From the NCBI RefSeq assembly GCF_009914755.1, contig NC_060933.1: a DNA stretch of 64,000 nucleotides; one strand, given 5' to 3'. The notes under the pieces are model-generated. The model did not search any database and had not been told where the DNA came from. It was given only the letters and a program-made list of their open reading frames with translations. This document shows, one piece after another, positions 1 to 12,140 of this stretch. The position numbers and the translations under genes are program-made. The first letter of the stretch is position 1, and each line of letters opens with the position of its first letter. The stretch comes from the human T2T-CHM13v2.0 reference genome, Homo sapiens.

Positions 1-1443
1 AATAGGCACATAAACCAGTGGAATAGAATAGAGAACCCCGAAATAAAGCCACACACCTACAACCATCTTATTGTTAATAAAGTCAACAAAAATAAGTAAC
101 AAAGAAAGGACTCCCTATTTAATAAATGGTACTGGGATAACTGGCTAGTCATATGTAGAAGATTAAAACTGGACACGTACCTCTCACTGTATACAAAAAT
201 TAACTTAAGATGGATTAAAGATTTAAATGTGAGACCTCAAACTATAACAATTCTAGAAGAAAACCTGGGAAATAACCTTATTGACATCAGCATTGGCAAA
301 GAATTTATGGCTAAGTCCCCAAAAATCAATTGCAATAAAAAACAAAAATTGACCTCATTAAACTAAAGAGCGTCTGCATAGCAAAATAAACTAGCAACAG
401 AGTAAACAGGCAATCTACAGAACAGGATAAAATATTTGCAAACTATACAGCTAACAAAGGTTTGATATCCAGAATCTATAAGGAAGTTAAACAATTCAAC
501 AAGCAAAAAACAAATAATCCCATTTAAAAATTGGCAAAGGACATGAACAGACACTTCTCAAAAGAAGACACACAAGTGGGTGACAAAGATATGAAAACAT
601 GTTCATCATCACTAATCATCAGAGAAATTCAAATCAAAACCACGATTAGATACTATCTCAACCAGTCAAAATGGCTATTCTTCTTCTTCTTTTTTTTTTT
701 TTGACAGAGTCTCACTCTCTCACAGAATGGCTGGCTACTCTTATTAAAAGTAAAAAAATAACAGATATTGGCAAGACTGTGGAGAAAAAGGAATGCTTAT
801 ACACTGTTGATAGGAATGTAAATTAGTTCAGCAAGTTCAGCAACTGTGGAAAGCAGTTCAAAGATTTCTCAAATAATTTAAAACAGAAATACCATTCTAC
901 CCAGCAATGTCTTTACTGGGTATATATCCAAAAAGACCCATGCATTCATACATTCTACCAAAAAGACACATGCACCTTACGTTCATCATAGCACTATTTA
1001 CAACAGCAAAGATATGGAATCAACACAGGTGCCCAACAATGGTGGACTGCATAAAGAAAATGTGGCACATATATGCCATGGAATACTATGTAGCCATAAA
1101 AAAGAAGGAAGTCACTTCCTTTGCAGCAACATGGTTGCAGCTGGAGGCCATTATCCTAAGTGAATTAATGCAGAAACAGAAAACTAAATACCACATGTTC
1201 TCACTTATAAATGGAAGCTACACGTTGAGTACACATGGACATAAAGATGGGAACAATAGACACTGGGAACTACAAGAGGAGGTAGAGAGGGAGCAAGGGA
1301 TTGAGGGACTACCTAATGGGTACTATGGTCACTACCTGGATGTGGAGTTCAATCATACCGCAGACTTTAGTATCACACAATATACCCTGTGGCAAACCTG
1401 CATATGTACCCCCGAATCCAAAATAAAAGTTTTAAAAAAAAAA
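1..1443 (+). mobile_element. L1 3' portion (ORF2 C-terminus, 3'UTR, A-tail), L1PB/old L1PA-like; runs off the window start
   Basis: Typical L1 ORF2 sequence (AATAAATGGTACTGGGATAACTGGCTAG; ...KKMWHIYAMEYYVAIKKKE...LEAIILSEL in ORF 907..1614). 3'UTR ends ACCTGCATATGTACCCCCGAATCCAAAATAAAAG plus an A-run. Multiple stops and frameshifts. Confidence 0.95.
678..723 (-). mobile_element. Extremely 5'-truncated Alu (about 21 nt of the 3' end plus tail) inserted in the L1
   Basis: (TTC)n-T run followed by GACAGAGTCTCACTCTCTCAC, the antisense Alu 3' terminus. Flanked by AAAATGGCTATTCTT and AGAATGGCT(GGCT)ACTCTT. Confidence 0.75.
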
Positions 1444-1450
1444 GTGTGCA

Positions 1451-1590
1451 GGAGGAGTGTGGGGGGAGAGGAGGAGAGTACAGGAAAAGAGGAAAGTACA
1501 ATGGGAAAGGAGGGGAGGGGAAGAGAAAGGAGGGAAGGGAAGGGAAAGGAAAGGTGGATAAGGGAAGACAAAAGAAAAGGTGAGGAGAAC
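1451..1590. repeat. GA-rich low-complexity tract
   Basis: Almost pure purine GGGAA/GGAG sequence after the L1 tail. Confidence 0.85.
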
Positions 1591-3192
1591 ATGGAGGTTC
1601 ATACAAGGTTGTAAGGGCATAGAAGCAGTGTACATCATTGCAGCCTACATTCTATTGGCTACAAATCAATCTTATGACCCATCTTGGTTTCAAATATTGG
1701 AATCAGGACCAGAACCCATGTCCCCAGAGCTGGTCCAGGTGCTGGTCACACACAATATGATGCCTGGCCTGGGGGCCTCATGCCCACTCCTCTTACCCAC
1801 CCCACACACTTGCCTTACCATATGCACCACGCAGATGAACTGCCATAGTTCCCACCTCAGTCACCTCTGCAAGAATGCCTTGATTTTGCCAAACACTTGA
1901 TATTTGGCATGAGGAGCTATAACATCCAGATGGAGGTATCTTTGCTCTCAATTCATAGAGGCAGAGAAAGTCATGATTCTAGACCAAACTCTTCATTTCA
2001 CCAGTGAGGAAACTGAGGACAAAGCAGGATCCCCATCCGGGGACCAGCCCAAGGAGACACGCCTACAAAGCCGCAGCACTGGGCAGCAGAGCCAGGTCAT
2101 CAGGCTCACCACTGGGACCACCCATCAGGAGGCTATGACCACGGTTAAGTTCTTAGAGAAAAACAACTCAAAGAGAAGACTTTTAGGCCTCCGGGAAGGA
2201 ATTATCTGGGAGAAAGAAGCCTTCCAAGAGCCCTTAAATGATTCTGCATGGCCTGCTCAGTTAGTTCAATGGCTCTCAGTCTTTCTGCCTCTGTTGTGGC
2301 ACACTCATGATAAGGCACAATTCTGGATTCAGCTAAAATCCAGGAAGAGCTTTCTTATTGAAGAAAGTAAATGAAATATAATAAGGGTGAAATTAGCACA
2401 ATGACTTTGAACCTACCCTGATCTATATTTTCAAGCGAAAAACTTTCACATTTTTTCTCTATTTTTTTTTTTCCTTTAACAAGTTAGTTCCATCTCTTAC
2501 CCTGGTCCAAGCCCCTAAGTGGAGTGGGAGCTTGGCTCAGCATCCCTGCTGTATGAACCCACATCCAACCCACCCTCAGGAAGGCTCGTCCCTGCAGGGA
2601 AGCCAGACTTAGGAGGCTCGTGCCTATCTCTCAGGCTCCAGTTCCACTTGGCAGGGGCTTTCTGGCCTGCCTCTGTTCTGAGATGGCACCGAGATAATGC
2701 AGAAACCAGCACAATGCTGACAGCCTGCCCCATGTTTACAGTACATCTCAGCAATGTTCCCTAATGCTCATGTAAACAGACTGCATGGCCCAGACTTAGC
2801 GGCTCCAAGCACTCTGGCAGGGGCCCAGCAGGACTGCCACGTAAAACCCACTTCCCACACCTGAGCTTCTTGACCAGCCAAGGGCAACTCCTTAGAGAAG
2901 AGGCTTGTAGAGCTGAAAGGCACCCCACAGACCTCATGGCTATGCAAACATGCAGCCAATATGTAATTATCAGAACGCTGTCATGGACTATGCCTGAGCT
3001 GAACAAAAAGACACACTTGGCTTTAGTCTTCATGGAGCACCCAGTCTGGTGGGGAAAACAGGCCACTGCCATGCAGTGCCACCATGGTGGCCACATCAGG
3101 GCTGGGAAGAGGACACCATCCTCAATCTTGACTGAGAAGGCGCTTTCTAAACACTGGTCCCTCCATTTCCTAAGCTCCCCCTATGAACCCAG

Positions 3193-4696
3193 TGTGTCCG
3201 GAATTGGTGGGTTCTTAGTCTCACTGACTTCAAGAGTGAAGCCGCGGACCCTCGCGGTGAGTGTTACAGCTCTTAAGGTGGCGCGTCTGGAGTTTGTTCC
3301 TTCTGATGTTCAGATGTGTTCGGAGTTTCTTCCTTCTGGTGGGTTCCTGGTCTCACTGGCTCAGGAGTGAAGCTGCAGACCTTCGCGGTGAGTGTTACAG
3401 CTCTTAAGGCAACGCGTCTGGAGTTGTTCGTTCCTCCCGGTGGGCTCGTGGTCTCGCTGGGCTCAGGAATGAAGCTGCAGATCTTCGCTGTGAGTGTTAC
3501 AGCTCATAAAAGCAGCGTGGACCCAAAGAGTGAGCAGTAGCAGGATTTATTGCAAACAGCAAAAGAACAAAGCTTCCACAGTGTGGAAGGGGACCCGAGT
3601 GGGTTGCCAATGTTGGCTAGGGCAGCCTGCTTTTATTCTCTTATCTGGCCCCACCCACATCCTGCTGATTGGTAGAGCCCAGTGGCCTGTTTTGTCAGGT
3701 CGCTGATTGGTGCGTTTACAATCCCTGAGCTAGATACAAAGGTTCTCCACGTCCCCATCAGATTAGTTACAGAGTTTCGACACACAGGTTCTCCAAGGCC
3801 CCACCAGAGCAGCTAGATACAGAGTGTCGATTGGTGCATTCACAAACCTTGAGCTAAACACAGGGTGCTGATTGGTGTATTTACAATCCCTGAGCTAGAT
3901 ATAAAGGTTCTCCACATCCTCACCAGAGCAGCTAGATACAGAGTGTCGATTGGTGCACTCACAAACCTTGGGCTAAACACAGGGTGCTGATTGGTGTATT
4001 TACACTCCCTGAGCTAGATATAAAGACTCTCCACGTCCCCACCAGACTCAGGAGCCCAGCTGGCTTCACCTAGTGGATCCCGCACCGGGGCTGCAGTTGG
4101 AGCTGCCTGCCAGTCCTGCGCCGTGAGCTCCCATTCCTCAGCCCTTGGGTGGTCGATGGGACTGGGCGCCATGGAACAGGGGGTGGTGCTCGTCTGGGAG
4201 GCTCGGGCCGCACCGGAGCCCATGGAGTGGGTGGGAGGCTCAGGCATGGCGGGCTGCAGGTCCCGAGCCCTGCCCCGTGGGAAGGCAGCTAAGGCCCAGC
4301 GAGAAATCGAGCGCAGCACCGGTGGGCCAGCACTGCTGAGGGACTCAGTACACCCTCCGCAGCCACTGGCCCAGGTGCTAAGTCCCCCATTGTCCGGGGC
4401 CAGCAGGGCTGGCTGGCTGCTCCGAGTGCCGGGCCCACCAAGCCCACGCCCACCCGGAACTCCAGCTGGCCCGCAAGCGCCGCACGCAGCCCCGGTTCCC
4501 GCTCGTGCCTCTCCCTCCACACCTCCCTGCAAGCTGAGGGAGTGGGCTCCAGCCTTGGCCAGCCCAGAAAGGGGCTCCCACAGTGCAGTGGTGGGCTGAA
4601 GGGCTCCTCAAATGCTGCCAAATTGGGAGCCCAGGCAGAGGAGGTGCCAAGAGCAAGTGAGGGCTCTGAGGACTGCCAGCACGCTGTCACCTCTCA
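3193..4696 (-). mobile_element. Full-length solo LTR12C (ERV9 LTR)
   Basis: Minus strand begins TGAGAGGTGACAGCGTGCTGGCAGTCCTCAGAGCCC and ends CCAATTCCGGACACA. CpG-rich U3, tandem CCAAT-containing repeats and repeated U5 units. Flanks CCAG/CCAA match a 4-bp TSD at 3 of 4 positions. Confidence 0.97.
3600..4030 (-). promoter_or_regulatory. LTR12C U3 enhancer repeats and core promoter, firing toward lower coordinates
   Basis: Repeated GATTGG (minus-strand CCAAT, NF-Y) and AGATA motifs at 3665-4020. CACCC about 3652, GATA (TTATCT) 3641-3646, minus-strand AATAAAA TATA-like box about 3631-3638. This is the established ERV9 promoter architecture. Confidence 0.8.
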
Positions 4697-4793
4697 CCAA
4701 CATGGAGATGAGCACTGGAAACAGCCCAGTAAATAAGACACAAGTCACCTGACATCTTTTTTGTGTGTTTTTCCTACTAACAATGCTCCCTTC

Positions 4794-5160
4794 TGTGTTA
4801 GTTGGCAAGTACTACCATGACAAAATACCATAGACTGGGTGGTTTAAACTGAAAATATTTTCTCATAGTTCTGAGGCTGGAAGTTCTGAGGCTGGAAGTG
4901 TCAGCAGCCTTGGTTTCTTCTGAGACCTTTCTCCCTGGCGGGTAGATGTCCACCTTTTCCCTGTGTCTTCACATGGCCTTTTGTCTTTTGCCCGAGCACC
5001 TCAGGTACCTCTTCCTCTTCTTATAAGAACATCAGTCAGATAGGATTATGGCCCACTCTAGCAGCCTCATTTCAACTGTATTGCATCTTTAACTGCCCTA
5101 TCTCCAAATACAATCACCTTGAGGAGTGAATTTGAGGGGAAGATAATTCTGTCTATAACA
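4794..5160 (-). mobile_element. MaLR solo LTR, MLT1A-like
   Basis: TG...CA ends; CAAAATACCATAGACTGGGTGG, CTCATAGTTCTGAGGCTGGAAG and CCCTATCTCCAAATACAATCAC motifs. Flanks CCTTC/CATTC match a 5-bp TSD at 4 of 5. Confidence 0.88.
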
Positions 5161-5221
5161 CATTCTATGTCTAGAATATGTTGCATTTTGAAGTTAAGAG
5201 AACATGTAACAACTTGTAAAA

Positions 5222-5400
5222 ATGTGGGCTTTGGGGACAGGCAAACATGGGTATGACTTTTAGATCTGTCACTTACCTTCTGCCTGATTTCGGATGAGTA
5301 CCTTACGGAGCCTCAGTTTTACTCATCTGTAAATTGAAGTAATAATGTGTGCATTACAAGTGTCTTGAAGGGATTAGAGGTTGGGTTGTAGAGAGTATTT
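5222..5400 (+). mobile_element. MIR
   Basis: Core GAGCCTCAGTTTTACTCATCTGTAAATTG. Confidence 0.75.
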
Positions 5401-5486
5401 AATGAATGCTACTAATGCTGCTGGTGGTACTTGTTAATGGCAGGAAAGGTAGTTTGGGGTAAGACGAGTTTAGATTTAGACTCAGA

Positions 5487-5725
5487 TAATAGCAGCTTAC
5501 ATTTATGGAGCATATATATGCCAGGCACTGTTCTAAGTGGATTCACTCATTTAATTTTTAAAACAACACCAGGAAGCAGAAACAACTGTTATCCCCATGT
5601 TATAAATAGGGAAAGTGAGGTACAAGGTTAAGTAAATGTCTTCAAGGTCACAGACAGGTAATAAATGGAAGATCCGGAATTTGAACCCAGGCCTCCTGAC
5701 CCCAGAGCCCACACAGTCAGTATTA
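5487..5725 (-). mobile_element. MIR
   Basis: TGCCAGGCACTGTTCTAAG...GGAAAGTGAGG...CAAGGTCACA...ATTTGAACCCAGG. Confidence 0.85.
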
Positions 5726-6489
5726 CTATAACTAAGTCATCTAGGACTTTAAACAATGTACTGAATCTCTATAAACTAAAGCAATATTCTCATGGCCTAT
5801 AATTATCAAAAATTAACTTCTTAATTATGAGATGCTCACAAAAGTTTACTTCTCTTTTTGCTTGAACTCCAGAGATTTTTATTAGGGAAACAATAATGGT
5901 AACACTTTTCAGAGAGAGGAGCAAATATCAAAAATGGAACTTATCTATAAATTAAACCCCTGCCCACACCCCAAATAGAGAACAGAGCTTGAATCCATCC
6001 TTTAAAGCTCAGAATGTTGATTAAAATGCTTTTATGAAGTAGAAAAAAATAAAGCTAATATTAAAAAATCCTGTTTTATTAATCCCCAAAGGAAGGATTT
6101 TATTAATTCCTTTAGAATCCAATAAAAGTGTGTTTTTTTAATCAAGTTTGTTTTTCAATTCCTACTCAAGTGTCAAATCATAACAGAAGAGCCCACATTT
6201 CCTGAGAAGCTTCTAGGTACAGGGGCTGGGGCTGGAGTATGGGGGACAGACATGGACCCAGGCCGTTTAGACAAGCCAGCTGGATAAAAACAAACATGAA
6301 ATATTAAGTACTATCAAGATGATAGGAAAAAGCAGTGCTCATGAGGGTGATTGTGTCTATTTTATTATTTTATTTTCATACAAACAAGAACTGTTTATTC
6401 CAGAACAGTGTCTGGCACATATTATATTAGACCTTGAATAATACTTGTTGAATAAGTAGGCAAAAGTATAATCATGGAGTGTCTTACTG

Positions 6490-7020
6490 ATACAGTAAGA
6501 AGTTTGCTTTTAATTCCAAAACAACATCTGTATGGCTTTTAAGCAGGAGAGTAACATGGTCTTTATGGATTTTTTTTTTCCTTTTTCGTAAACTACCTTG
6601 ATGGCATTAGGAGAAGGGATACATACATGTGAAAGGAAATGAAACAAGGAGACCAAGTCACTATATAGCAGGGGTGACGTTGGCCTAGACTAGGGGTATA
6701 GCAGTGCAGGTGGGAAGAACTGGATGGATCCAGGATATATTTGGGACCTAGGGTTCACAGGAGACTTTGTGGATTCGATGTGAGAGATAAAGGAAAGAAG
6801 GACATCAGTATGAGCTCCTGGCATTTCACTTGAGCATCTGGGTAGACAAGGTTATGGCATTTACCGAGATGGGAGTAATATAAGCATGAATGGATTTGGG
6901 GCTCAGGGAGAGCAGAAATTAAGAATTCTATTTTAGGTATATTAAGGATAAGGTGTCTATTAGACATCTCATGAAATATCAAATGGTTGTTGGGTGTGTA
7001 AACCAGAAGTTCAGAAAGAT
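6490..7020 (-). mobile_element. L2 fragment
   Basis: TTTTAAGCAGGAGAGTAACATG, ATTTACCGAGATGGGA and TCTATTAGACATC are typical antisense L2. Confidence 0.75.
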
Positions 7021-8649
7021 ATCAGATGGTCAGTATATTGAGGCATGGAGGTGGAAATGCTGGGTGTTCTACCAGAATCATTTGAAGCAAGGGTAAGACC
7101 TACTCTTTCATGATAGCATCAAATTCATGCCTCAGCCAAACTAGAAATCATGGGGTGCTTAAAAATAGACAATATAAATCAACACTTGTTCTTCCTGCAG
7201 AAAATCCAACACATCCAAATGGGCTGCCACATCCTTTGAGGAGCTTCTCCTAGGCTTTCTAGCTCTCTCCCACATCCAGCAAGTTTTAGGTGAGACTCAC
7301 TGGTACCCACATATAGTTAAAGTCCACCCTGCAAATTGTGGGTTTAATCAGATGCATGGCTTCATCGCTTGGGCTTAATGAGGTAAACCAGACCTCCGGT
7401 AATATCGCCTGTATAATTGACATGGTTCTCTGGGAAACATTACGCTTTATAATGAAAATACTGTATATAATTAGAATCTAATAGGAAGAAAATAGTAATT
7501 AGCCAGAATTAACTGAACAGACGCAATCAGGCAAATAAAGGTTATCCTCAGGAGAGGACCCTTCAGAGTTCAAACACACGTCCTATAATTGTAGAGAAGC
7601 CCCAGTAATTAAGAGTAATTTTTTCCCTGCATCGTGGTGGAAGAGTTCTTTTTTCATTTTTTACATTTTTGGTCTTCGGTTTGTGTGTGTGTGCATGTGT
7701 GTGCATGCATGTGTGTGCCTGCTGAGTGGCAGAATGAATTTGGCCAAGACATAAAAAGGATCTGGAAGGTCGCACACACAAAGCCATGAAAGTAAGGAAG
7801 GGCAAGTGCAAGGGCAGGGAACCTAGAGCCTAAAGTTCCAGGTGCAATGCTCTGTTATTAACTAGCTTTGTGACTTTGAGTGAGTCACTCCCCATCTCTG
7901 ATTATAACGATAATAGTGGTTACTGTTTACTGAGTGTCCACTTGCTATGACCTATCATGCTAAGTACTTTCCATATATTATCAATATAATCTTTGTATTC
8001 TTAACCACTGGATAAACATCCTCCCTTCTTTATTTGCTTTAAAGCAAAGACTTCTCTTTTCTCCTACATAAGATTTAAACCAGACAATTTTAAAATACTA
8101 ATAACGACAATAAAAATTTTCCCCAGGGTTATTGTGAGAATCCACTAAGATCATGCCCTTTTTCAAGCTGTAAGAAGGAAGAAAATCAGACTTTATGAAC
8201 CATTCGTTTACACCAAGAATTGTACAAGAACCTGGACTTGTCAGGCCCCATATCTGAGCTCCCTTCCTGCAATATCCACTCAGCATTGATGGCCTCTCCT
8301 ACGGGCGTTATGATTAGGGTGTAAGCTTGTGCTACAAGGCTACGTTCACAGGAGTGCTCTCTGGAAGATAATGGAGTCACTCACCTGCTTCATCTGTGAG
8401 AGGAAAAGAGGGGTGTTTTGCTGGAGGACAGTTAGCCTTGAGTGAAGCCAGGGAAATTACTGTGTGGACCACGGTGAAGCAGGTCTTCTCTTGCCAGTCA
8501 GTGCAATGGCCTCTCCAGCACCACATGGTCCAGTTCTAAATGCAGGAATATGAATGCCAACAAAGAATGTTGTCCATGTTTAGCCCAGAGTTACATATCC
8601 CATTACTTGCCCCTGTACCATCATAGAGCCAGTTCTCTGAGCAGATCCA

Positions 8650-9000
8650 ACCAACATTCATGAGCACCAACCCTGTGCTGGGCTCAAGGTGGGCACTAGA
8701 GGTATGGGGGCTGTCCTTCATGGAGACTGCCATCCAGGGAGCAGGGGTGGGAATGCAGGAAGGAAAGGAGACATATTGCATGCATGTCCCCAGAACACAA
8801 GCTGGAGTAAGTGCTGTGATAACAGCACCACCAAGGCTAATAGAAAACTTAAGGGAGCTATTGAATTCCTGCGAAGAATAGAGACAGATCTGGGAAGACT
8901 TCCAGGAGGAGGTGGCATTTGAGTAGGACCTTGCCAAGTGGAAATAGGAGAGAGGGAAACTCTGGGGAAAAGGACCAGCCTGGGCAAAGGCATGATGCCA
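8650..9000 (-). mobile_element. L2 fragment
   Basis: GAGCACCAACCCTGTGCTGGGC; GGAAGACTTCCAGGAGGAGGTGGCATTTGAG; CCAGCCTGGGCAAAGGC. Confidence 0.7.
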
Positions 9001-9313
9001 AGTGGATATACAATATATATCATGGGAGAATGACTTGAAGCCTCTGATGTCACAGATGTATTGAGAAGCAGAGGTTTCTAGTCCTCTCCTAAAAGAGAGA
9101 GAACTGGGGATTTCTAAGGTATCTCTATCTACCCTCTTACTCACCTCTCCCCACAAGAGGAATAATGGATTTGATTGGTAAGGCTAAAGAGCAGCTCATC
9201 CCATCATCCAAAGGGCATACATGGGAAAGAGCAAGAAAGAATGGTGTCTTCCAGGCATGAGTAAAGATGTCTTTCATGGGGATCCTTTCACCTACCTCGG
9301 CCCAGGTTGGTAG

Positions 9314-9757
<444 letters not shown>

Positions 9758-10334
9758 GGCACATTCTTTAATCAAGCTCTACCATTAGTGAATCTGATTC
9801 TGGTTTTATTTCTTACCTATGTTTTTGTGTTCGTTTTTAAATTGACTGGATCTGGAGGAGAGTAGTAGCCAGGTATTGGCAGGCTTAAATCTCCCATCAT
9901 GTGCTACTGGGTCAGTGCATGGTTTGGTGTGTTTAGATCACAGGGCAGGGTATGGATGGTGGTAGATAAAGCTGGAAAGGCCAACTTGTTTCTTAAGAAA
10001 TGGGGGAGAAAATATCCAAATTATCACGTAATTTCAGTACCCTTCCTCCATACCAAATATCAACTATATTAAGTCTGAAATGTACCCTCCCTTTAGAGAA
10101 ATGGGGCTCCACTCTTAAGATTCTTAGCTATCAATCTGTGTGTTGAGACATAACATCTCACGCCTCCCTCCCCAGCGTGCATCAATACCATATTGGTATT
10201 GGGGATATGCATGAGAGTAGAGAAAAGTTTTTGTAAGAGCTACTAGAGGGAAAGAATGAATGGATGGATACATGGCCATGGGACATCAATCTCTAGCTAT
10301 GTTATCTGTCTTCAAAGTGATAATAATGTATATA

Positions 10335-10830
10335 GCATGTATTTATTAAACACAACATGCAAAGCTCTGTAACAGAAGCCAGGGAAGCTATACAGAGGGG
10401 TTAAACATAGCCCGTCCATTTGAAGAATTTACCATATAGCAAGAGAGATGAGATTTCTATAAAATAATTATAATACAAGGTGAGAGGAAATAGGATAATT
10501 AGTTTAAGTGCTATAAAGTGCTGTGGGTATGCAAAAGAGAGAGAAAGATTTCTTTGGCAAGAGAATTTAGAGAAAATTTCCAGGAAGAGGTGGTGTTGAA
10601 GCTGAAGCTTGAACTCTAGGGTGTATATGGAAATGCAGACATAAAAGGCGGGTCTTCTTCATGGAGAAGTGTCTCAAGCAAGAACAAGGGAGTAACAAAT
10701 ATGAGGAGGAACAGGAAGTCATGAGGACCACTAGCTCATATAAAGAAGCATTCTGAAAAATATATGGAAGCCAGATCTTGCAGGATCTTGAATGCCAAAT
10801 CAAGGTGGACTTTGCCGCGCATTTTGAGTT
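10335..10830 (-). mobile_element. Degraded L2 fragments
   Basis: TTCCAGGAAGAGGTGGTGTTGAAGCTG; GCCAGATCTTGCAGGATCTTGAATGCCA. Confidence 0.55.
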
Positions 10831-11430
10831 AAAGGCATGACTCAAGCAGAGTAGTATCCTAGTGCGATTGATTAAAGCAGAGTCCCCTAGAGGATTGGAG
10901 GCTTGGTCTCCTTCCTGGAGCAAGTCTCTGCCTGTGCTGAGTGCTGAGTGATGGGAAGCGGAGTCACAGGATGGTTTTGAAGATTACCATGTGCCTCTGC
11001 CCCCTTCCTTTTCTCTGCCAGAAGAGGGACCCAAGGCAGCTCTGATGATCACAGGTGAAACCCTCTTGTCTGGGCCTCCTATTTCTATTATTAAAGCCAC
11101 TTAATGCCTAATTACTCAACCAGCCACAAGGCCTTCAGAGAGCTCCTTGCCAGAGAGCAATCGGATTTGTCAGACATTTCCAAAAGCACACAACTCTCTT
11201 GGAGGTCTCAGAATAGCTATGTCAGTGGCCCTAATGGAACATAATTTCCTGTAAAGGAAAACTAATTTAATATTTTCAGGTATTATGTAACCAAGTGCCC
11301 GCAGAGAGAGGGAAGACAACTGCTAACGAGAAACAATGAGAGCTCGGTACCCCTGTGGAATCAGAAAGCCTGCAGGTCTATTTAATGCTGCAAAGGGGAC
11401 CCACGGGAGTGGCTGATTGCAGAGACAGGG

Positions 11431-11690
11431 GTATAGTAGTGTAATGGTGAAGCATGTTGGCTTTCAGCCAGGCTAGACTGAGGTCTGCTGCTTACTAGCT
11501 GTGAGACCTTGGGCATACTACCTAACGTCTCTGAACCATGCTGAAGTTTCATCATCAGCAAAATAAGAATGATAAAATAATCCTAACTCATTTGGTTGTT
11601 GTGAGGACTAAAAAGAATAATGTATGCAAGGTGCATAGCACAGTGCCTGGCACTTAAAAAGACATTAAATAAATGGCTGTTACTACAGCT
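11431..11690 (+). mobile_element. Near full-length MIR
   Basis: CTTACTAGCTGTGAGACCTTGGGCA...GGTTGTTGTGAGGACTAAA...GCACAGTGCCTGGCAC...AATAAATG. Confidence 0.9.
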
Positions 11691-11899
11691 GCTGTTATTA
11701 TTGATCAGAGTAGAGTTAAGGAAAACTTACTTTCCTCTCACTCCTCATTTTGGAAGAAGGGATGGGGTCAGGATACCAAGCACCCAAACCTTGTGGAGTA
11801 AACAACATATAGTCACAGGACCATCCTACAGTTAATTGTCCACTCCACTACCACCCTCACACCTCATCACTTGAACAATTATTAAAAGGACAAACAAAT

Positions 11900-12140
11900 C
11901 TTTCATCTCTTGCCTGGATCTTGGATTGCAATGGCCTCCTTATTTCCCCACCCAGTGCCATAATCACCTCCTTCAGGCTATCTTCCTTACTGCAGTTAAA
12001 AGATATTTCCCGAACTTCCATCTGATAACATTGGCCCTCTGTTTAGAGGGCATAATAGAATTTCTCAGATCTAAAAAATTCAAATCCAAACTCTTATCCT
12101 AGCATTCAAGGCCCTGCAAAATGTGGTCCCAGCCTTGTCT
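11900..12140 (+). mobile_element. L2 fragment
   Basis: TCATCTCTTGCCTGGA...AAATCCAAACTCTT...GCATTCAAGGCCCT. Confidence 0.7.

Noticed and set aside
907-1614. Longest ORF (235 aa)
   Set aside because: It is a decayed L1 ORF2 C-terminus reading through the L1 3'UTR and a GA-rich repeat, not a gene.
3660-4030. Regularly spaced ~40-bp repeats that look array-like
   Set aside because: They are the standard LTR12 U3 enhancer repeats, with no unique spacers. This is eukaryotic DNA, not a CRISPR array.
2870-4736. Several 130-170 aa ORFs
   Set aside because: They lie largely within GC-rich LTR12C, where stop-poor frames are expected; there is no gag/pol/env similarity.
8536-9156. 206-aa minus-strand ORF
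   Set aside because: It overlaps a degraded L2 fragment and has no recognisable domain or exon structure.
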